Source of the DNA: Catajapyx aquilonaris
Taxonomy: Eukaryota
NCBI GenBank assembly: GCA_000934665.2
Contig: JYFJ02001516.1
Span: 57,270-77,269 of the forward strand
Length of the DNA stretch: 20,000 bases
Direction: 5' to 3'
Shown here: positions 1 to 11,037 of the stretch, one piece after another
How positions within the stretch are numbered: position 1 is the first letter of the stretch
Layout: each line of letters starts with the position of its first letter
Notes under the pieces: model-generated
Told to the model about the DNA's origin: nothing
What the model saw: the letters and a program-made list of their open reading frames with translations, nothing else
The model's database searches: none
Position numbers and translations under genes: made by a program

Positions 1-1823
1 CAGAAAGACCGCAGTGCAGCACACACATTTGACCGTAATCTAAACGGCCTGCAGGACACGACTATGCACTTTTGCGAGTGCATGCAACAGGCATGCCACA
101 TGGATTATTGAGATAAACTAGTCAGTTCACTCTCCCGCTCCATTATTATGTGGCGTACTAAGCAAAGAGATGGGGCACCCACCTGTTTTGACACACTCTT
201 CTGTTAAGCACACACGATGAGACCCATCTGAAAAAATGAGAAAAAGATGATGACGTTAGACACGGGGGCAAAGGAAATGGGAAGTGTGATGGGAGGAAAT
301 TGTTTTCATAATTTTACACGTCGCACAGGGATATTCCGTAGTTTTGAGCACAGGAAAGGGGCCCCCGAAGTGCAATTTCTCATCCATTTTAACTGTTGCT
401 CGCAGGAAGCAACTCCCGTGTTACGAATCGATACACGGGAGCCGTCTCTTAGTCCCAGACACCCAGCAGAGGAACAGAGAGAGGCTAAAGAAGCTGAGTG
501 ATGAACCCAAGCTCGTAAACAGGCTACGGTGTATTCCTTTCCCCCACCAACTATTTACGGTCACGCTCCCAAGTGCTCCATTCCTTACATCTACCACGAG
601 CAAAGGCAATTTCTGCCAACAAGAGCGGAAATTAACTCCTCACGGATGGGAAGTACTTGGGACCCCGGCTTTATGGCATAGCAATTGCGGGACCGTTATT
701 ATGTCTTTTATTCCTTGCCTACTATTCGTCCGTCTGGTATGCGAGGTATGAATAATATTTCTTTTTAATTAACTGACAATAGCGGTTAATGGAGAGTGAG
801 TTTTTGGTGGCTCCTGGAAGCAGAAGGTGGAAAAAGACTTATTTTGGAAAGGTGGTGGGAAACATTCCGGAAAGTTTCAGAAGCCCTGCAGCTGCGGTTG
901 TGGTTCTGTTTGAGAACTTTTAAAAAAGGATCAGAAAAGATCGATAGCGACCGGAAGAAAAATTTCTAGCTGCCTTTGCAATATAGGGATGCTAAAATCA
1001 CTTACGCCAACTGAGTGAGAAAGGGAGGACCTTTCTCCGGGAATATTTGTGTAACGAAGTGAAGAACTTTCTTTTTTTAGGAGAAACGTATGGCTTCTTC
1101 TGAACGTTGCCAAATTGATTCCTGACGACTTTCTGAAGATTGTGTTAGATTTGACTCGATAATTTGTAAAAATATGTGCTATGCTGACGGTGTAAAAATG
1201 GCAATATTGTTCATTTTTTGCACTGTCAGACAAATATTGCGGACACTCTTTTTATCGTACATACAGTATAACACGTGAAAAAGTGCCGCGGGTAGTGGCA
1301 TTCAACGGAGATATGAAAGAACGAGCGTCTCCAATAGTATTTTTGCCGACAGGTATTCAGCTTTTTGTGTTCACCTTGACATGTCCTATAGAGTATATAG
1401 GACCAGTCTGGCTTTGAGGTCTATGCGCCATGTACTTTTTTATACCGGTTCGGCTCAGCAGTTGCTAACTTATTTACACTATAGGTAACCACTGCAGTAC
1501 CAAAGAGGCTCTCGAGAGGAGATTATCCGGAAAACACTAAAATATCTCTATCGATCTGGCATTGATTGCACTTAATCTATCTGAAGTACACTTTAAGCTA
1601 CTTCTGAATCTGTCCTCTTTATTCTCCTTAAAAACTTATTCACATCGGCTAGTTCCGGCTTAAAATTGTAATCCCAATGTATAATCCGCATCTATCCCCG
1701 AGTAGTACTCCAGGCAGCAAAGTCGTGAGCAAGCACCCATGTAGTGAAGGTGTCCGGACTCCATTTGAAACGAACCCCGGGGCTTTTAATCCTCAGAAAG
1801 CCAACAATTGCGTATACACTCAC

Positions 1824-1948
1824 TCGGGTGACTTTTGGAGCATGTCTTTGCGTGTGAGTGCGAAAATCCTGCTCTTGTTGGGGCACCGGCATGATCCCCG
1901 CATTGCGGCGGCAGGATGAGTCCAGGGCCAGTGCCAATAGAATGATCC
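1824..1948 (-). other. Candidate 125-bp internal exon (possibly an alternative or UTR exon of the minus-strand M13-like gene)
   Basis: Minus strand reads acceptor TATTTGCCCGCAG|GG (exon starts 1948) and donor CCCGA|GTGAGT (exon ends 1824). The segment is GC-rich and has no stop in any frame. No recognisable homology. Confidence 0.3.
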
Positions 1949-2041
1949 CTGCGGGCAAATACAGCAGCTGGTGGAGGATTACGCCCTCATTTGCGGATAG
2001 GCTGCTCGCCGGAGATAACATTACACGGGACGCGGATCCAT

Positions 2042-2081
2042 CCCACCATCCCCCCCCCCCCCCNCCCTATCCTACCCTCCC
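2042..2081. repeat. C-rich low-complexity tract (G-quadruplex-prone on the minus strand), contains an N
   Basis: cccaccatcccccccccccccc-n-cccctatcctaccctccc. Confidence 0.7.
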
Positions 2082-2560
2082 TCACACAAACCGTATATAC
2101 CTAGCACGCCGGCTGGATTGATTTGTGTTCCTAAACTCGGCCATTTATCAATGCTCCTAAGGGCTCCCGGGTGGCCGGCTCGACAACAACTCGGGCTCTG
2201 ATTTTAGTGCCCTCGGGGTGCGATTTCAAGCCGAGAGGCACAAAAGCCGCGATAGGAGAGACTCTGATGTCTAGAGTGGCCGGAGGGTGCTCGGACATCC
2301 TGGAGCAAATTGTGGAAGGGTTGGGGTTTGGTGGCCTGGGAAACATCTTGGCTGCGGTGATCTCACTTTGTCAGTGTCAAAGGGTCAGAGTGTTGATCAA
2401 AATTGGGGAAGAAACTTAATTTTATTGTGTTAGTAGAAGAAGGAGGCAAATGCGCCTTCATAAGGAGCAGAAAAAATGTTTCAGCCAAACGGCTATTGGC
2501 TATCAGTAAGGTACGATATATTGCCAGTTTGCCCGATTCATGTTTTGACCTCTTCAACTG

Positions 2561-2650
2561 ACAAGGGAACAACCAAGGGCGGCCACCTCCGATTTGGCTG
2601 AAACTATAGCTTGAGGGGTCAATCATGTGCACCCTTGGTTGTTCCCTTGT
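2561..2650. repeat. Inverted repeat with perfect 19-bp arms (hairpin or MITE relic)
   Basis: ACAAGGGAACAACCAAGGG (2561-2579) and CCCTTGGTTGTTCCCTTGT (2632-2650), 52-nt spacer. Confidence 0.85.
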
Positions 2651-3342
2651 GAGAGCTGAATGTAAAAGAAATATTTCGCGTTCTCATTATTGTTCGTGCC
2701 TTCTCATGCTTTTTCAGTAGGAGGCACGAGTTCAAATATGCATAGGAGACGTGATTCATAGGTCATATTTAATATTAAGATTCTAACTGAATTGTGCGTA
2801 TTAACCAGCTGCCTTTTGCTAACTAGGCAGTTCCCAGCAGTTTCTTCGAGAATGCACCAAAAATATAAGTGCCCTAAAGGAAATAGGGCTTTAACGTCTT
2901 GTACTGATGATATAAATTCCTAAGCTATAATTTGAAGGAATGGCCCTCATCCTGACTTTTTGTGCAGGACAACCATCCCTTGTAACTTTACTGGGCATTA
3001 TACTTCTTGTCTAATAGTTGGTAGCACCGTGGGCGAAATTGGCACATATTGCAATGTCAGGATTTCTAATTCGCTCAAGAAGACCGACAGTCCCCGTCAT
3101 GTATGGCTAGAATTTTGACGGCAGTGTAATAAACCCGATATTGCATTGCAGATGAGCACGTTTCACGACTGTCAGATATTCCATGTGTCATTTTGAATTC
3201 AATTATCTTTTTCCTCTGTGAGCATTTCTGCCGAAGGGAATGTTGTGTAACTATTTTCGTCTCCGCATAATAAATTCCGCATTTTGTAAGTTTTGCAAAT
3301 ATTACAAAGGAATATATCAAATGCAGAATAATCATAGTCACA

Positions 3343-3732
<390 letters not shown>

Positions 3733-3846
3733 AGTCACATTTGACTTATTTTAGCAATGGGGCTTGAAGTTTGGAGATTGCATTATCTTCTAAGAGGTGG
3801 ATCCCCCCACCCACACCCTAGCCAGCTACAGATCGGTCGCTATACG

Positions 3847-3933
3847 AACGCAACCGAGTGGCCAATTTTATTACATGAAGGAATACAGTTTGTAATAAAA
3901 TTCCTGTAATACAATTGGCCACTCGGTTGCGTT
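3847..3933. repeat. 87-bp foldback with 29-bp arms (mini-MITE-like)
   Basis: AACGCAACCGAGTGGCCAATTTTATTACA (3847-3875) versus TGTAATACAATTGGCCACTCGGTTGCGTT (3905-3933), 28/29 complementary. An extra partial arm TGTAATAAAATT lies at 3891-3902. Confidence 0.88.
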
Positions 3934-6900
3934 GGGGTCTTTTTTTTATGAGAATGGAATTTAGTAAATGAGAACTGAGATAATTCAATGTTGTCAAAAA
4001 TGAATAACAAAGTTTTCTGGTTTTCTTCCAGCCGGGAATATTATGTAGAAGTAAATGAATATCCTGATGATGTTAGAATGATGCTGTTGGGAATCATGAT
4101 GATGAAATTACTTTATACCCTCAATTTTCTTTTGTCAGTGCTTCAACCCCATCTAACATCAGTTGTCTCTGATCACACAAGGGCACCTTCCCTCTTTTGA
4201 CTTTTTTGGGAATTTTTAAATATATGTTAAGGACGAAAATTGCCGAGCGCATACATATCGTGGTTTGACTTCTAGTCTCGGTGTTGGAAACACACCAGCA
4301 CAATAATAGTGCATTTCCAAATTACGTTCATCTAGCCGATACATTATGCAGTAATACGTTAATGTAGTTTTAGGGCACATTTATCTGTGCAGTCCATTAA
4401 GTATGAAATTGCATATATTTATAGGGACGTGATTGCAACAAATTCGATTTGCCGCTTGTATTACCTTTTCCTATCCCGCCCGCAAAGGCCCGTGGATGAC
4501 ATGTATACATCAGCCTTTATACCGCTGTACTGTACAAACACCTTTTAAAAATGTATTAATTGAGAGTTGATGAGGACACATTCAGCATTAACGACCGATT
4601 ATATGAAGGCAAAATGTCCCAAATTCTGGAATTTTTCGGGTACAAAATATTGGATAATTTGGCAGAAATCGTTGTGTGAGCACACTTTTTTTCAAATATC
4701 TCATGAAATCGAATGCTCCGAATTCTTCCCATTATCCGAGAAAATTAGCGATTTTCTCATAACACCTCCTTACAGTATCTTGACTGACCGCATCTTTTAC
4801 GACCGTCTCTCTGTGCGGATTAACCACACACTGCCTCATAAATAGCAGACAAGGTTTGTAATGGTCCGATTTGCGAAATCAGTTGGCATTCTAAAGGAGG
4901 ACGAACATTTACAGTACTTATGGATATTCCATTTTTTTAAGTTTCAAAAATTAATAGAAATAGTCATCTGCTGTATATATCGTAGAAAGTGACGATGCGT
5001 TTCACGAAGGTTATACTGTACTCTTTGAGGTTTGATACACTGCCGTTAATTCGGGTCGAAGCAATTACCTAAACTGCATTAAGTCATTAATATTGCAAGT
5101 TAAGGACCTTCATCGCCAGAATATCTTATAAGTCCGTTAGGAGCTCAAGCATAAAGTTTATTGGATTATGCATTTGACAAGTCACTGCACCCACCCATAA
5201 GCCATACTTGAACCAGTTATATGATATACGCAATATCTCTCCCAATGAACCCTTCCTGCTAGTAATGGGCAAGGTAATCGCATTAACACATTGCATTATT
5301 TGTGAGAGAAATGGCGAGTCTACTACTGTATGTCCACCTGTTTCATTCTTAAAACATATTTTGCATCGTAGAGTACATATGCCTACATGCACACATACAC
5401 AGCCCATTTTCGTCCTGTCATAAAAGTGCAATTTAATACAGACATTCTGGGGTTGTGAGTTATCATTTCCAGCATAAGCAAGTGTCGTCTGCAATACTTT
5501 TTTTCCCCCTCAGTGTAACTGTTCGATTTTATTGGGAGAGGTGTGCACATGGCATGCACTCCTACTCTCGCAGGAAGATGTCAGAAAACCATTTTTACGC
5601 AAGTCTAGTTGTACGATGTGGTGGATTTGTATTCGATTTTTTATAACGTCGCAAACAGTACAGTAGCCCATTATACACTGTACTCTGAGACAATGTATAG
5701 TGTTGGACTTTACAGAAAATATTATACCGCTTTCTGCCTATACCTGTGGACATAAAATATTAATTGCATGGCATGGTACAGTACAGGATATTTACATAAT
5801 TTATCCCACTGCATGGGTTTAATTAAAGTAACGAGTTTTTATAGGACGACAGTTACGATACGTACTCGCTGCACGGTTTAATTTACTCTTGTGAGGTCAT
5901 GCAGTACTAAGGAATTAAGCTTTTGCATGGTTATTTGAGGTTTTGAAGGCATACTTTCCACAGTGTAGACGTAATCCGATTAGCACTACAGTATAATATC
6001 TTGCTTTGTATACTGCTCCTGAATCAAACCGCATGGGAAGCACTGTGCTAGGTGCTACTTAACGTGATGACTGTTATAAATGAATAAGTGACATATACAT
6101 GACAATGGTTTTGTATTTGCAAAGTTGAATTTGATATCTTGAGATTGCCTTAGACAAGGTATTGTCTAGGGAGATTGCTTTACAACGAAGAATTAACTGT
6201 CTTATTATTGAACCAAATAAATGCGTTGTACTGTACAAAGAATGAGTAAAGGATGAGTTTCACATAGAGTTATTCATATTTGGAACGAGTTTTACGCACT
6301 TGCATATAGGCAAACTACACAAATTGATGCAATCCCATTCGATAACTAATAAGACAGTTTTACTAAATTGTGATTGTGTCACTGCAACATCCAAATACAT
6401 CATAAAAGACGGAAATGGAACCATTTCACATATTTTTATGTCCATTGCAAGTATTTGCAATGTAATTATTATTGTGTGTTATGTTTTATTTTATGCACAT
6501 AAGTCAATAGGATATTGGCAATCGCATTTACACGGCCGAATCTCTCATTTTAAAATGCATGCTGCATAAATTGTAACTTACTGTATTCATCTCATGTTAA
6601 AATTATCTCTTGTGTTATTGTATGAGACTTTAGTAAACGTTCTGCACTCAAAAATGGTTGGGATTGTTCGCAGTCTGCATATATTTACTTTTGCATCATG
6701 GCATATAGTCCTGGGAAAAAGCTGAGGGAAAGGGCACTTTTTAATAATGAAGAGATTAAAATTGTGTCACAGTATTGCTTAAGTTGACTAAAATCTACAA
6801 TTTTACACCTCGTTCCACAGTTTATCCTAACCGAGTCGGCAACCTTTACTTCTAACTTGCTCCAAACTGCATAACTCGCAGGCGCGTACTTGATTCCTCT

Positions 6901-9900
6901 ACGTAGGATTCTTGAGCCTCTTTCACGAACCTGCAGCGATTGCAGATACTCTAACGAGAAATTGAAAAGGAGCCTTAAGAAAATAGTTGTACGCACTATT
7001 ATTATCCGCCTATGCGTATGGAGAGATCGTTATTACCAGAGTATAATTCTTATGAATGGGTATCCATTACCTTTAATAAGTTGAGAGAAGGAGACTGGGT
7101 TGAGCTGTCTATAGTAGGTCAAGCGGAATAGGACAAGGAGTTCGTACGATATCGAATATTCCAATAAATTGTTCCTTCGAATAAAGTTAATCACATTTCC
7201 CCTGATAGGATATGCTCAGAATCAATAAAATGGCGGAGATCTCATTAAGCATTGTTTGAAAACTCATATGATCATTCTTCTCCAGCAGCATTCCAAATAA
7301 AAATTTAATTAGAGCATACCTTACACATAGCTCTGTGTCAACATATATTGTACTTTTTCTCTTCACTTTTGGGCAGGAATGCTTGCAATAGCCGTACATT
7401 GCAATTGAGTGGTGCGTAGTAATCGGCGTAGCACATAGAGCAGCAGGCTGAATCCCAGCGGTGATTTGTCAAGTGCATGGCCACAATCCAATCAACGGGG
7501 GGTGTCGGAGAAGCCTATAGTCATGCGACAGCTCTCAACCAATTTATCTGTCACGATCAACGCCAGAGTGAGTGCCTATTGGAGGCAGCATCCGTCCTTA
7601 GATCCCTTCCAATCACGTACGTACACACACAAACCGGCCCAAACACACATGCTTTTATAAAGCACCCTGACACCTATTTATGCGCCGACAAAGCCCAATT
7701 TACACACTGTAATTAGGCCCCGTTTAGTTACTCTAAGTTATGAGTACAGTGTTCAATTAGAGCGGAATTTACATTTTGAGTAATATAGGATCAAAAGAAG
7801 AAAGCTTCCTTTTTTTGCTGCCGTTCCAGTAAATCAATGTGGATCGTCTATAAGCAGTTGTCCAGCCGACGTTTTTATTGGCTCATTCTGATAAACGTTT
7901 ATCTGGTTGATTTATAGCCGCGCAAATGCTACAGTTAATATGGTTTTATAAGCATGACAATTCCTCTGCTACCTGTCAAATTTATCTGCACTCCTTTTAA
8001 TCACACATGACGTGCGAGTCAATCGATGAAGCTTTTAAACGATTATTGCAATTATGCCCCCGGGTTTTGAATCCCAAATGTTGTGTGAAGCACCACTTGA
8101 ATACATGATTGCAATTAATATAGTGCGTGTAATATATGCAAAATTTCGAAACAAGTTGTTGATGGCTATCTAAATTCATTGCAATGTGGATATCAATTAG
8201 GTCATCTGTTATACTGCACAGTACTTGTATCATTTGACAGTACAAGCATTCCCGCCACTTGCGAGCCTCATGAACAGTCTGCTACACTGTATTGTAACTT
8301 CCACCAGCTCCGGAAACCGAAAAAAAGACAGTACGAGTCTGCAGTGTTACATAATCAGCGGGCTCTCGTCGCCTCTCTTGTTTCGAAATTACCCCAGAGC
8401 CAAATTTCGGTCGGCAAAGGACCTTTCCGGACATTAGTAACCCCTCATTTCGCCGCCTTGATTGCGACCCGCTTGAATTGCCTTCCCGGGTCGCTTCAAA
8501 GCTCCATTTGCACAGCTTTTCCCTCAACTAATTTTTTTCTCTTTCTCTTTTCTCATATTTGAGTGTGTGTGACCACAGCGTGTATCTCGTTTGTACATGC
8601 CGAATAACGCAATTCTAAATACCTCCAGCGTAAAACGTACGAGTATGGCATTCCAAAACGGGTTCATGCAAAATTAGCAGAGCCGCGATAAATTCGCCGG
8701 TTCGTGTGATCTAGGCGGTAGTGGTCATTTAGGCGATAACGGGCATATGCGACACACTTTTTCTGCCCATTCAGTCGGAAACTCTTGAAAATTTGTTAGG
8801 ATCACTGTATATATTCCACGTGCCATGTACGAGATGTACTCGAGTGAAGGTGTTTAGATAATTAAGAAAAGAGAGAGTGTGATTACCAATAATGGCATTA
8901 GAAGAAAGAGTATCAAACGTCAACAAAAGACACTCTCGTCACTTTTAATTATTGCATGTTGATGGCGTACTTAATATGGCAGGACATGATATCCGCATAT
9001 TTTTCAAAGCCCAATAAATTTAAAAAACCGCTCATTATCAGATGCTTGCATTCATATTTAATTCACGCCAATAATTTACAAGCTATATGTATTTTCTGCT
9101 TTCTGCAGGACGCGTATTGCTACATTTAGATTACAAGTTGGATGTCAACTGGAACAAATACTGAAGCTCACATTGATATACTGTATTCTATTTAAGGTTC
9201 TCTAATTTTATTGCAATAATATCAGACTTTTCTACCTGCCTTCCAGTGGTTTTTTTGCGTTTTTGATTCTATTCCTGCCTGATTATTATTGTCCGACTGT
9301 TGGTGCTACTGTACAGTGCGTTGAGCTCTTTATTGCAATTTAACGTGCATTTTCATACAAAACAAAACCTAGCTGCATTTGAGTAATCCGTGTCGGATAT
9401 TCTACAGTTTGCATGTACAAAAATGTTGTGTTGGGGGAACGCCGCTTGCAAACATTTTTGACAGTGGCCCGTGGAAACGTTATGAATCGTATATGCTAGC
9501 TGGATGAAACAAAAGCTCCGTTCGCTCATTTATATGCCAAGATGATAAACAGAGAAGCAAATGAATGTGATTCTGATTACTGTCTTTTTTTTCCAACTGG
9601 TGTCCTTTTGCAAATGATCCTCTCTGCAACTTTAGTAGGAAAGTATTGATATCTGCGCGAAGCATTATTTTATACCCCACACTTATTCAGGCGAACAAGT
9701 TGAAAAATGAGTTTCTCCTTTTGCAGAAGTGCTGAATTGGGACCCTTTTCATGTCGGTTGATGGCGGGAGCACTTTTTCAAATGAGATGGCTCTTTTCCA
9801 AATTGCTCATCAGGTTCCTTGGCAGCCTGGAACAATGAGCCTTCCCTTTTGTGCCAAGTACAATGGGATAAGTAGAGCAAAATATGGTAAGTGACAGGAA

Positions 9901-10331
9901 CATGAATGTCCATTTAATTTTAATTCCGTAACTTATCTTTGCCGGAAGATTATCCTGGCTCTTGGCATTCGTTAACGAAGTTAATTTAGTCGGTTTTTAT
10001 CCTGCATGCATGTACTTGAACACTGCAGGCCTTGGCACTGATGCAACCCATGCAACTTGGTCTCCAGCATTAACAACATTGCGAGACTAGGATCATAATT
10101 TTCGTCCTTCACTATGCGCCAACTTAACTCTTCGTGCAATCACTCCGACACTGTGCAAACACAGCTAATAACGTGCGGTTTCGGATTGTTAATGAAATCA
10201 CGCCCCCCAAGGAAACCTTCGCCGCAGTCATCAATTTGGCCCTGCTGTAATATACCAAGGAAGGGAGGGGGAAGGAGGCGATCATATCAAACTCAACAGG
10301 TAGTCGCAGCAATATATCGAGTTATACGTAC

Positions 10332-10878
10332 CGGTGTGAGTCTGCTGTGACCTGAGTAGCGCCATGAGAAGGAATGCAACACATCCGAAGAAGAGCAGGA
10401 CCACGGCCACAATGAGGTACTTCTCCAGGGTGGTCCTTCTAGGGAGAAACACGGAGGAAGGGTCCAGGCACTGCACCTGGTCCAGCACTTTAGTGGATGC
10501 CTCCAGTCGGTGGTGGTCCAGTGGGTTCTCATGTAAACGGCAAACCACGTCGGTGCTGGAGTCGCGTTGGGTTTGGTTGGAGCCACTGTTAGCACTACCA
10601 CTGCCGCCCCCGCCTCTCACCTGCTTCTTCAGCTTGGCCAGGATGCCTCTGGAGGAAGGGTCAGCTGGAGGAAGGTCCCCCAGGATGCAGAGGACCGCCT
10701 TGTCCTGGAAGAGCTGGAGGTGCTGTTGCTGCGGTTTGGGCGAAGGCTTGTCTTCTGGGACGGGCGGATCCTCCATGGTCAGCTCTAGGGCCTCCTCTTC
10801 TTCCGCCTCCTCCTCTTCCTCGTGGTCTCCTCGGAGAAATCCGTTTCTGCTAGCAGGTCCGGCCCCGCCTTTGGACAT
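10332..10878 (-). CDS. First coding exon of a type II single-pass membrane protein, probably M13 metallopeptidase (neprilysin / endothelin-converting-enzyme-like)
   Basis: GC-rich ORF from ATG 10878: long hydrophilic N-tail, then RRTTLEKYL followed by hydrophobic IVAVVLLFFGCVAFLLMALL. This resembles the R-T-x-(L/V)-E-K-x-L juxtamembrane motif plus signal anchor of NEP/ECE proteins. Ends at a phase-1 donor ACCG|GTACGT (intron starts 10331). No catalytic HExxH exon was seen in the window, so the family call is inference. Confidence 0.7.
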
Positions 10879-11037
10879 ATCTCAAGCTATGCCATTTTTC
10901 TCCTCTGTCCTCTCATCACCTTTGCTGCTTTTTTTGCTGCATTCTTGCGCCAGCCGCTCATGTCTCGTAATGGGTATTGGAATGTCAATAACAGCTCTGT
11001 CCACTGGCACTTTGACATCAAAGCTCCCTAACGCATC
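10879..11037 (-). other. Probable 5' part of the same exon (leader upstream of the ATG), bounded by a splice acceptor
   Basis: Minus strand CATACTTGTGTTAG|GATGCG (exon starts 11037). In-frame TGA at 10882-10884. Confidence 0.4.

Noticed and set aside
588..611. Possible 24-nt minus-strand microexon (KLPLLVVD) between TTGTTGGCAG and GTAAGG
   Set aside because: Such signal pairs arise readily by chance; no independent support.
6141..6182. GAGATTGCYTTA direct repeat around a TAGACAA/TTGTCTA hairpin
   Set aside because: Too short to assign; likely a local repair or slippage scar.
8464..8494. GCGACCCG/CGGGTCGC 8-bp stem
   Set aside because: Within chance expectation for 20 kb.
10282..10331. C-terminal TYNSIYCCDYLLSLI of the 198-aa ORF
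   Set aside because: Lies beyond the GTACGT splice donor; intron read-through.
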